Shown: piece after piece, positions 1 through 8,138 of the stretch
Numbering within the stretch: the first letter of the stretch is position 1
Layout: each line of letters starts with the position of its first letter
Assembly: GCA_965217585.1 (NCBI GenBank)
Contig: OZ244561.1
Span: 4,576,001-4,640,000, forward strand
Reading direction: 5' to 3'
Source: Candidatus Latescibacterota bacterium
Lineage (GTDB): Bacteria; Latescibacterota; UBA2968; UBA8231
Length of the DNA stretch: 64,000 bases
Made by a program: the position numbers and the translations under genes
The notes under the pieces: model-generated
The model's database searches: none
What the model was told of the DNA's origin: nothing
The model's input: the letters and a program-made list of their open reading frames with translations, nothing else

Positions 1-1107
1 ATTTTTTAGCATGACTGCCGATATGGGAAACATAACGCTTTCGGGTGTAAAGCCGCGGCGAGCGAGAATATTGTGGATCAAGAAGCGGTGGATTCGGCCA
101 TTGCCGTCCTCAAATGGGTGCAGAAAGACGAATCCATAGGCGATGGCGGCAGCTTGAATCACAGGTGGGACAACACCGGCTTCCATGCGTTTGTGAGCAG
201 CTACCAAGCCTTCCATCAGGCCAGCTAAATCGTCGGGCTTTGGGGCCACAAAGTGGATATGTTCTTTCTGCCAAGCCACGCTTTGTCCGACGTAGTTTTG
301 GGTAATTCGATAGTCGGCATCGCGGAAGCGGGCATCAACGATGCGGTTCTGTAAATCAATTAACCGCGATTTTCGACAAAAGTCCTCCTGCTCGGCCAGT
401 TGGAGCAGTGCTACGAAGCGTTCGGTTCGGGTTGAGGTGGGGGTGATGTGTTCAATTGCAAAGGACGATTTCGTTTCCTTGGTGTACAGGTAGCTGAGCG
501 CGTGCTTTAACAATTCTGGCGCATAACGAGACACCACTTGCCGGCATCTCGTATGCAACTCGTCCGTCCCAAAGTTTCGCAGAATATCGGTACGACGGAT
601 TGTTGGACAGAATCGGCGTTCACCAAGCAGGTTGTCATTGACCCGTTGACGGCGAATTTGTCGAGCCGGCACAACCGTATAATAGGCATCCGGTTCGAGG
701 AGATCGATGTAGTTCCCTCGCTTCAAGTCATCTAGCGGGAGGATCTTCCCGGTCAGGAACTCATAGAGAAACCACAAGCGCCTGACATACTTACCGGTCG
801 GTTTCGAGCGGACATAGTCGAGCAAATCGTCCTCTGATGCTTTCTGGAACAAGCTGGCGAGAATTGCGAGATTCGTCCCGTCATACTTGAGAGCAAATTC
901 CAGATGGTCGCCCAGTGTCTCCCCAGGCCAGTACTTGGGTGGGTAAACTTCTTTGATGATGCCTGTGCGAGAATCGATCCGGTGGATTCCGCTGGTGGCC
1001 ACCAAGGATGTATGCCAATTCGGGATGACGTCGAGTTCGTACTGCTCAATCAGTGCTGCGTACCCCGCGAGCTTGTATAGCGATGGATCTCGATCGTGTT
1101 TAGCCAT
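1..1107 (-). CDS. Fic family protein (AMPylase), 3' end runs off the window
   Basis: Open frame from ATG at 1107 (MAKHDRDPSLYKLAGYAAL...) to position 1 with no stop, so it is absent from the ORF track. Contains the Fic motif HPFEDGNGRIHR. Confidence 0.9.
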   Translation of the reverse strand, partial: MAKHDRDPSLYKLAGYAALIEQYELDVIPNWHTSLVATSGIHRIDSRTGIIKEVYPPKYWPGETLGDHLEFALKYDGTNLAILASLFQKASEDDLLDYVRSKPTGKYVRRLWFLYEFLTGKILPLDDLKRGNYIDLLEPDAYYTVVPARQIRRQRVNDNLLGERRFCPTIRRTDILRNFGTDELHTRCRQVVSRYAPELLKHALSYLYTKETKSSFAIEHITPTSTRTERFVALLQLAEQEDFCRKSRLIDLQNRIVDARFRDADYRITQNYVGQSVAWQKEHIHFVAPKPDDLAGLMEGLVAAHKRMEAGVVPPVIQAAAIAYGFVFLHPFEDGNGRIHRFLIHNILARRGFTPESVMFPISAVMLKN

Positions 1108-1177
1108 AAGGCGTTCCAGAAAAATGATTACTAAATGAGAATTATGGTTATTTTTTGGCAAATAGCAAAAAAAACAG

Positions 1178-2068
1178 TTACGTCCTATCCATATCGTTTC
1201 CCCTTTGCTGGTAGAGCAAGCCGGCGACGATGAGCACTAGTCCCGCTAGGGTCGCCCAGCGGATCGCCTCTCCCAGCGCGAAGTGAATCAGCACTAGGGA
1301 GCAGAACGGGGAAATGAAGATTAGGTTGCCGACTCTGGAGGTGTTTTCCGCGTAGCGCAGCGCCCACTGCCAGAGGACATACGCGATCCCCATTTCGAAG
1401 AGGCCGATGTAAGCCGCCCCCAACAAACCCGGCCAAGCAGGTGCCCGCCACTGTCCCATCAGCAGAACGCAGCCGAGCGCCAGCGGCAGCGATAGAGCGA
1501 AATTGAGGAAGAGCCGCACCACGGGATCGCGCTCGTCGCGGGTGTTGTAGATCCAATAGAAGGCCCATACCACTGTGCTGCCCAGCGCCAAGGCCACCCC
1601 GAGCGGATCGGAAAAGCGCAAGGTCCAGATTTCGCCGCGAGTGGAGATGACCAGTACGCCCGCATAACAAATCAAGCCTGCGGCCAGATCGCGTCGGCCG
1701 ATTCGCTGTCCCAAGAGCGGGATCGAGAGCCAAGTCAGGGTGAGCGCCCAAGTATAATTGAGTGCCTGCGCCTCTTGGGCGGGCAGCAACTGGTAGGCTT
1801 TGAAGAGGATCAGATAATAGAGCAGGGGATTTAACGCCCCCAGCGCCAGCGAGCGAGCGTAGTCAGTCGGCCGGCTCTTGAGCACTTGTCCCATCTTCCC
1901 CTGCGCGACGAGTAGCACCCCCAGTACCCCGGTCGAAGCGCAGCTAGCCCAGAATAGCAGCTCGGCGTAGTCCATATAGCGGAGGGTGATCTTGAACGCC
2001 GACGCCACGGTGGACCACAACAACACCGCGGCCAATCCGCAGAGATAAGCCCTTTTTCGATTGTGCAT
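1178..2068 (-). CDS. DMT/EamA family transporter
   Basis: 296 aa with about 10 hydrophobic helices in two EamA-like halves (LLWST, LIFISP..LGE). Confidence 0.85.
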   Translation of the reverse strand: MHNRKRAYLCGLAAVLLWSTVASAFKITLRYMDYAELLFWASCASTGVLGVLLVAQGKMGQVLKSRPTDYARSLALGALNPLLYYLILFKAYQLLPAQEAQALNYTWALTLTWLSIPLLGQRIGRRDLAAGLICYAGVLVISTRGEIWTLRFSDPLGVALALGSTVVWAFYWIYNTRDERDPVVRLFLNFALSLPLALGCVLLMGQWRAPAWPGLLGAAYIGLFEMGIAYVLWQWALRYAENTSRVGNLIFISPFCSLVLIHFALGEAIRWATLAGLVLIVAGLLYQQRGNDMDRT

Positions 2069-2082
2069 GAGAAAAATGTATC

Positions 2083-2108
2083 CGCAGATGAACGCAGATG
2101 AACGCAGA
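2083..2108. repeat. short tandem repeat (CGCAGATGAA)x2.6
   Basis: CGCAGATGAA CGCAGATGAA CGCAGA seen in the intergenic gap. Confidence 0.7.
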
Positions 2109-2151
2109 GGCGGGGAATGTTAAGACGGCCTCTATGGCAACCGCCACCCCG

Positions 2152-3552
2152 CTAAAACTGCGTAACCTGCTTGGGGCCAATATCTACGACTTGGGCCAGC
2201 GCGTCGAAGTTCTGTTTCAGCAGCGCGAAGCGCACCTCTGCGTAGGTGGGATCGTCCCAGCGGTTGTCGAACTCGCCTGGGTCTTCCTCTAGGTCAAATA
2301 GCTCTCCCAAGGCGCGGTCGTGGTAGCAGACTAGTTTGTAGCGCTGGTCGCGGATCATCGTGCCGTAGGTGCCTTGGAGATGCTCCCGACCCGGCGCGTC
2401 GGGGTTTAGGGCACGGTAGTACTCGCTGCGGACGTAGGCGCGGTGCGTCTGGGTTTGGCCGGTTAGCAGCGGCCACAGCGAGCGCCCCTGCATCCTCTCG
2501 GGCGCGGCGACCCCAGCTAGTTCCAGCAAGGTCGGGGCAATGTCCATCAGTTCGACCAGCGCATCGCAGACGCTCCCTTCGCGCACGTGCCCCGGCCAAG
2601 AGCAGACCAATGGCACCCGCACCAAGCACTCGTAAAATCGGCACCCCTTGCCCACGAGCTGGTGATCGCCCAACAGTTCGCCGTGATCCGACGTGAAAAT
2701 CACTAGGGTATTGTCGCGCTGGCCGCTTTCTTCTAAGGCTTGGATCATGCGTCCCACATTGTCGTCGATCAATTCGATCATCGCGTAGTACGCTGCCATA
2801 ACTTCCTTGGCCCGAGCTAAGTCAATGGACGCGGCTCCGTCCACCGGCCCGAGTTTCGCATGGGCTTCGAGGTCCTTTTCGCTCCACAGCGGATCGGGCA
2901 GTGTCGCTGGATCGTAGCGGTCCAAGTACTCTTGCGGCGGGTCGAAGGGCGCGTGCGGGTCGAACATGTTGACGCTCATCAGCCAAGGCGTGGTGCGTTC
3001 CTCGCGCATAAATTCGATGGTCTTGTCCGCACACCAAGTCGTCTGATGCAGCGCGGGCGGTAGCTGGGCTGGATCCTCGCGCAGCTTGGCTAATGTGCGG
3101 TCCTGGGCGCGGACCCAATCCGCGTACGCGTGGCCTTCGGGCCACTGGTCGCGCGAGTCGTGGCTCCAGTGGAAGACGCGATAGCCGTCGTCGCCGCGCG
3201 GCTCGATCCGACCGTGGGCACCGGCTAGGTGCAGCTTGCCGGCCAATCCGCAGTCGTAGGACGCGGCGTCGGTTAGCAGCTTGGTGATCAGGGGAGCCGC
3301 GCCCGACCAGTGGGCATTGCCATTGGTGCAGCCGTGGACGCTGCTCGGGTACATGCCGGTGAGGAAACTGGCGCGACTGGGGGTGCAGATCGGGCTTTGG
3401 CAGAAGGTGTGGGTAAACGCGGTGCCCTCGCCGACTAGGCGGTCGATGTGCGGGGTGCGGATGTGCTCGTTGCCCAACGCGCTAATTGTATCGTAGCGCT
3501 GCTGATCGGTGCAGATCCAGAGAATGTTCGGACGCATGGTTGGGTCTTCCAT
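2152..3552 (-). CDS. Cys-type (formylglycine) sulfatase
   Basis: RPNILWICTDQQR, CTPSRASFLTG (CxPxR), GKLH, SDHG. Confidence 0.92.
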   Translation of the reverse strand: MEDPTMRPNILWICTDQQRYDTISALGNEHIRTPHIDRLVGEGTAFTHTFCQSPICTPSRASFLTGMYPSSVHGCTNGNAHWSGAAPLITKLLTDAASYDCGLAGKLHLAGAHGRIEPRGDDGYRVFHWSHDSRDQWPEGHAYADWVRAQDRTLAKLREDPAQLPPALHQTTWCADKTIEFMREERTTPWLMSVNMFDPHAPFDPPQEYLDRYDPATLPDPLWSEKDLEAHAKLGPVDGAASIDLARAKEVMAAYYAMIELIDDNVGRMIQALEESGQRDNTLVIFTSDHGELLGDHQLVGKGCRFYECLVRVPLVCSWPGHVREGSVCDALVELMDIAPTLLELAGVAAPERMQGRSLWPLLTGQTQTHRAYVRSEYYRALNPDAPGREHLQGTYGTMIRDQRYKLVCYHDRALGELFDLEEDPGEFDNRWDDPTYAEVRFALLKQNFDALAQVVDIGPKQVTQF

Positions 3553-3598
3553 CCTGTCTAGGCGTGGTTTCGTATATTTACCCTATTGACATTGCACC

Positions 3599-3626
3599 GT
3601 AGGGGCGACCGGCCGGTCGCCCCTAC
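3599..3626. repeat. GTAG-type REP palindrome
   Basis: Perfect 28-bp palindrome GTAGGGGCGACCGGCCGGTCGCCCCTAC; second copy at 34305-34332. Confidence 0.85.
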
Positions 3627-3634
3627 CCTTACGT

Positions 3635-4630
3635 ATGATAAACTATCGCAACATCCTCCTCCTCGCCCTTGTCCTCGCTGGATCGGCCTTGGCCAACGAC
3701 GCCGAGGTCCGCGGCATCACCATCTCTACGCACGGCATCGGCCGCGACTGGGGGACCGACGCCATCGTGCCGACGCTAGAGGATATTCGCGCCGTCGGGG
3801 CCAACTGGGTGGCGATCCATCCCTACGCCAGAATCAGCGCCGACGGCACACTCCGGTGGTCGGAGATCGATCCGGCCGACCCGCCGGCCCATATCGTCCG
3901 CCCCATTCGCGAGGCCCACCGCTTGGGATTGCGCATCTATATCAAGCCCCATATTGCCTATTGGCGCTCGCCCTTCTCCTGGCGGGGCGAAATCGCCTTT
4001 GCCCGCGCCGAGGATTGGCAGCGGTTCTGGCGGGACTATCGGGAGTGGATCGCGCTGTTGGCTACCGTCTGCCGGGAGGCCGATGGCTTTGTCGTCGGCA
4101 CCGAACTCGACCGCATGTTGGCCTTTGAGGAGGAATGGCGTGCGCTCATCGCCGAGGTGCGCCAGCGCACCGACGCGCCCCTGACCTACGCGGCCAATTG
4201 GACCGACTACCGCCAAGTGCCCTTCTGGGACGCCCTCGACGTCATCGGCATCCAGGCCTATTTCCCCCTCACCGACGATCCTGCGTACGACGAGGAGGAT
4301 ATCCGCGCTGGCTGGGCGGAGCGGATGGGGGAACTGCGGGCCTTTAGCGAGCGACACAACCGCAACATCCTCTTCACCGAGCTGGGCTACAACCAGTCGC
4401 ACCAAGCGCCGCTCGCGCCGTGGACGTACCCGGTGGATGGCGAGGACGCGCTCCCCGTCCAGGTGGCTTGCATGCGCGCCGCGCTTGACGCCATCGCCGC
4501 TGAGCCGCGCGTCGTTGGTGCCTTGCTGTGGAAGTGGTTTCCGCATCCGCGCCCGGTCGGCCGCAACTTTCAGCTAGCGATTCCGCCGATCAAGCGCGTC
4601 ATTACCGAGGCATGGCTCAATCCGCGATAA
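3635..4630 (+). CDS. secreted glycoside hydrolase, GH113-like TIM barrel
   Basis: Signal peptide (ILLLALVLAGSALA); IKPHI, GTEL and FTELGY (putative clan GH-A glutamates), YAANW, IGIQAYFPL. Confidence 0.75.
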   Translation: MINYRNILLLALVLAGSALANDAEVRGITISTHGIGRDWGTDAIVPTLEDIRAVGANWVAIHPYARISADGTLRWSEIDPADPPAHIVRPIREAHRLGLRIYIKPHIAYWRSPFSWRGEIAFARAEDWQRFWRDYREWIALLATVCREADGFVVGTELDRMLAFEEEWRALIAEVRQRTDAPLTYAANWTDYRQVPFWDALDVIGIQAYFPLTDDPAYDEEDIRAGWAERMGELRAFSERHNRNILFTELGYNQSHQAPLAPWTYPVDGEDALPVQVACMRAALDAIAAEPRVVGALLWKWFPHPRPVGRNFQLAIPPIKRVITEAWLNPR

Positions 4631-5612
4631 GCCCGGTCCCGCGCAGCAAGGTTTCCTGCACGAGGAGTTCGTGGTCGAGCGAGCGGTCTGGGTCGTGTTC
4701 GCCCTTGAGTACCCTTATAAGGGAAGCCAATTCGAGTTCGTAGAGCCCCTGCCGCGAAATTCCCGTAAAAGGCACCATCTGCTCGCCCTGTGCATAACCG
4801 TCGGCTGCCTCGGTCAGACAGAGCCGGATGGTGTGGCCCGGCTCAAAAGGCTCGAGCAAAATCGCGCTGCCGCGCTCTCCATAGACCTCAAAGCGCCGCG
4901 CCATCGGCTGCGGCTCCATCGCTGCAATATCGACCCAGGCCATGGCCCGCTCGTATTCAAAAACGCCGAGCGTATTGTCCTGAAACGCGGGCACGATTCC
5001 GGTGTCGTTGCGCAGGAAGGTCGTCACCTGCTCGGGCCGCCCCAGAATCCACACCACTTGATCGAGCATGTGCCCGGCTAAATCGTAGAAGATGCCGCCG
5101 TGGTGCCCGGCGGCGACTACGTCGCGCCCGGCCACGGTAATGTTGGTGGACATGTGGGCGCGCACCGAATAGACGTTGCCCAAAAACCCCGACCGCGCCC
5201 ACTCCGCGATCTGGCTGAAGCCGGGATGGTAGCGCAACATAAAGCCCATTTGCACTTGCAGGTCGGCGGCCCGCGCCTCTGCTACAACCCGCTGCCACTG
5301 TGCCCAGTCGTCCCCGGCTGGCTTGTCGTACCACACGTGCTTGCCGGCTTGGACGATGCGCTCGGTCTGGTCCAAGCTCTCGTCGTTGCGGCCCTCGGAG
5401 GCGACGGCGACAATAGAGCTATCGCCGAGTAGCTCCTCTTCGCTGTCCAAGAAGCGAACCTGCCGATAGGGTTCGTCGTCTGCAACTTGCCGGCGGCGCT
5501 CGGCGTCGGGTTCGTACAGGCCGACGACTTCGACTTCGGGGTTGTCGAGCATTGCCTTGAGTTTGCCAGCGGCGTGACCGTGCTTGGTGCCGTACTGCGC
5601 CATGCGGATCAT
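4617..5612 (-). CDS. Gfo/Idh/MocA family oxidoreductase
   Basis: N-terminal Rossmann fold, GKHVWYDKP (EKP-type motif), DLAGHMLD. Confidence 0.88.
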   Translation of the reverse strand: MIRMAQYGTKHGHAAGKLKAMLDNPEVEVVGLYEPDAERRRQVADDEPYRQVRFLDSEEELLGDSSIVAVASEGRNDESLDQTERIVQAGKHVWYDKPAGDDWAQWQRVVAEARAADLQVQMGFMLRYHPGFSQIAEWARSGFLGNVYSVRAHMSTNITVAGRDVVAAGHHGGIFYDLAGHMLDQVVWILGRPEQVTTFLRNDTGIVPAFQDNTLGVFEYERAMAWVDIAAMEPQPMARRFEVYGERGSAILLEPFEPGHTIRLCLTEAADGYAQGEQMVPFTGISRQGLYELELASLIRVLKGEHDPDRSLDHELLVQETLLRGTGLIAD

Positions 5613-5698
5613 GGGATCTCCTTGCGTAAAAATGCGTTGTGATTGGGTTGGGGCGGGACTCGATTATAAGGTTTGTACGTTTCGGTCAGTGAGGCGAC

Positions 5699-5968
5699 TT
5701 ATGATACTTTGGCTTTCAAGGGAAACCTTTCCGGGTGCTCGATGGATTCTATGCTCAGATCTACATCCAAATCCGGCCAATAGAAGTGCCCGGGCGTTGG
5801 CTGCTCAACTTGGAGGATGTTCCCAATCGAAACCTCCTTGAACCAAGGAAAATCCTCATAAGAAAGGAAGAATTCCTGCTTACCGACGAGAAGCCATATC
5901 CCATGAGTCGATATATTGGTTACTTCAACGTCCGAAGCGATCTTGCCAAGCTGTTCTGAGTTCATCAT
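5699..5968 (-). CDS. DUF2442-domain protein
   Basis: Start reassigned to the ATG overlapping the SDR stop (TGATG). Motifs FLSYEDFPWF and YWPDLDVDLS match DUF2442. Confidence 0.75.
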   Translation of the reverse strand: MMNSEQLGKIASDVEVTNISTHGIWLLVGKQEFFLSYEDFPWFKEVSIGNILQVEQPTPGHFYWPDLDVDLSIESIEHPERFPLKAKVS

Positions 5969-6735
5969 CAGCGGCCCATCCACCCGCCATCGACGAGCAC
6001 GACGGCCCCATGCACGTAGTCGGCTGCTCGCGACGCCAGCCACACTACCGCGCCTTTTAAGTCGTCCGGCGTGCCCCACCGGCCCGCTGGAATCCGCACT
6101 AATAGCTGCTCGTTGCGCACCTTATCGTCGCGCAGGGCCTGATTGTTGTCGGTGGCGATATAGCCGGGGGCGATGGCATTGACGTTGACCCCGCGACCGG
6201 CCCATTCGTTGGCCAGCGCCATGGTCAACTGCCCGATCCCGCCCTTGGCCGCGGCATAGCCCGGCACGGTGATCCCGCCTTGGAAGGTCAGCACCGAAGC
6301 GGTGAAGACGATCTTGCCTCGGCCCCGGGATAGCATCTGCTTGCCGAATTCCCGCGCCAGCACGAACTGTGCGTTTAAGTTGACCTCGATGACGTGGTCC
6401 CAGTCTTCGTCTCCATGTTCCTCAGCCGGGGCGCGCCGAATCGTCCCGGCGTTGTTGATGAGGATGTCGATTGGGCCGACCTCGGTGTTGACCTGCTCGA
6501 CGAAGGCGCGGACCGCCGCCCGGTCGCTGAAATCGCAAGCGTATCCTTTGAAACGCTTGCCGCGGGCCGCAATGTCTTTGCCGACCTCGGAATCTGCTTC
6601 TAGCGAGGCACTGACGCCGACGATATCCGCGCCCGCCTCGGCCAATGCTTGCGCAAACCCGCGTCCGATGCCTCGACGGCACCCGGTGACCAGCGCCGTC
6701 TGGCCGTCGAGCTTAAAAAAATCCAAAATCCCCAT
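5968..6735 (-). CDS. kduD: SDR, 2-deoxy-D-gluconate 3-dehydrogenase-like
   Basis: TGCRRGIG, NNAGTIRR, FQGGITVPGYAAAKGG, NAIAPGYIATDN, DGGWMGR. Confidence 0.8.
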   Translation of the reverse strand: MGILDFFKLDGQTALVTGCRRGIGRGFAQALAEAGADIVGVSASLEADSEVGKDIAARGKRFKGYACDFSDRAAVRAFVEQVNTEVGPIDILINNAGTIRRAPAEEHGDEDWDHVIEVNLNAQFVLAREFGKQMLSRGRGKIVFTASVLTFQGGITVPGYAAAKGGIGQLTMALANEWAGRGVNVNAIAPGYIATDNNQALRDDKVRNEQLLVRIPAGRWGTPDDLKGAVVWLASRAADYVHGAVVLVDGGWMGR

Positions 6736-6736
6736 G

Positions 6737-7111
6737 CTATTCCCCTTGGTTCTGTCCTTGAAGAACGGTCAGTGCATCCCACGTCGCCGGAAATCCTCCG
6801 AAAGCGCTCATCTGCAACACGACCTCCTCAATCTCCGTCCTTGTGGATCCACAACCAAGGGCTCGGTCGATGTGAACAGCAAGTTGTTCCGGCCGGCCGA
6901 GAACCGTCAAGGCCGCGATCGTGCAGAGCAGACGGGTCTTGATGTCCAGCCCGTCCCGTCCGTACAGGTCATGCATCACGTGCTCCATCACGAGTCGCTC
7001 GAACTCGGGATGAAGTGTGCGCATCTTCTTGGCAGCGGCCTCTGCAGCGGCCTCTCCGAGCATCGTCGAGAGGACTCTGCGCCCTGCTTCGTAGCGTTCA
7101 CCTTCAGTCAT
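6737..7111 (-). CDS. carboxymuconolactone decarboxylase/AhpD-like protein
   Basis: RDGLDIKTRLLCTIAAL, HIDRAL, EIEEVVLQ..FGGFPA. Confidence 0.82.
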   Translation of the reverse strand: MTEGERYEAGRRVLSTMLGEAAAEAAAKKMRTLHPEFERLVMEHVMHDLYGRDGLDIKTRLLCTIAALTVLGRPEQLAVHIDRALGCGSTRTEIEEVVLQMSAFGGFPATWDALTVLQGQNQGE

Positions 7112-8138
7112 ACATCCTCTCCTCTTGGGTGTCGATTAAAATTTTGACCGCATCGGTGCCCGCTGCCAGCCGGGCAAAGGCGTCGGGTAGCGCGTCTAAG
7201 GGAAGGTGCTCGGTAATCAGTTCGTTGAGCGGCAGCGCGCCGCTGGCCGCTAGCTCGATGGCGCGGTCGTAGTCCTCGGGTTCGTACACGCGCACGCCGC
7301 ACATTTTCAGCTCGCGCCAGAAGAACTGAAAGAGATCGACTTTAGGAGCGTCAGCGAAAATCGCCACTACCACGATCCGTCCCCGGACCTTGGCGAGCTT
7401 AGTCATCACCTCGGCCCCGGCCGACGAGCCGGAGACCTCGAAGACTGCGTCGGCTCCCGCGCCCTCGGTCCAGGCTTCGACGTAGGCGACCAAGTCCTCC
7501 TCCTGCGGATGAACGGTTTCCAACCCCAGCGCGTGCGCCGCCTGCAGCCGAAAGGCATTGACCTCGGCCACTCGCACCTCGGCCCCTGCGTGCTGTGCCA
7601 CCAGCGCATTGAGCAGGCCGATCGGGCCACCGCCGATCACCACCACCTTCTCGCCCGGCACCACCTCGCCCAAGCGCACGTCGTGGCAGGCGACCGCTAG
7701 CGGCTCGACTAGGGCACCCAGCGTCAGCGGCATGTCGTCCGGCAGGCGATGCAACGTGTGGGCCGGCACCGTCCACGATCCCTGAAAGGCCCCCGGACTG
7801 TCGATGCCGATGAAGTTTAGGTGCTGGCAGATATGGCCATTGCCGGCGTTGCAGGCCGCGCACACGCCACAAGCCTCTAAGGGGCGCACTACGACCGGAT
7901 CGCCCACGGCCCAACCTTCGACACCGGTCCCGACTTCCGCGATCCGCCCCGACATCTCGTGCCCAATGACTTGGGGCATGTCGATCCGGCGGTCCTGATG
8001 GCCGAGGTAAATGTGAATATCCGTGCCGCATACCCCGCAATAGGCCACCTCGATCCGCACCTGACCGGCGCTAGGGGATTGTACTCGGCACTCGCCGATT
8101 TCGACCGTGCGGTCGCCGCAGTAGTAGGCCGCCTTCAT
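7104..8138 (-). CDS. Zn-dependent (MDR) sugar-acid/polyol dehydrogenase
   Basis: GVCGTD, GHEMSG, structural-Zn CGVCAACNAGNGHIC, GGGPIG. Confidence 0.9.
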   Translation of the reverse strand: MKAAYYCGDRTVEIGECRVQSPSAGQVRIEVAYCGVCGTDIHIYLGHQDRRIDMPQVIGHEMSGRIAEVGTGVEGWAVGDPVVVRPLEACGVCAACNAGNGHICQHLNFIGIDSPGAFQGSWTVPAHTLHRLPDDMPLTLGALVEPLAVACHDVRLGEVVPGEKVVVIGGGPIGLLNALVAQHAGAEVRVAEVNAFRLQAAHALGLETVHPQEEDLVAYVEAWTEGAGADAVFEVSGSSAGAEVMTKLAKVRGRIVVVAIFADAPKVDLFQFFWRELKMCGVRVYEPEDYDRAIELAASGALPLNELITEHLPLDALPDAFARLAAGTDAVKILIDTQEERMYD

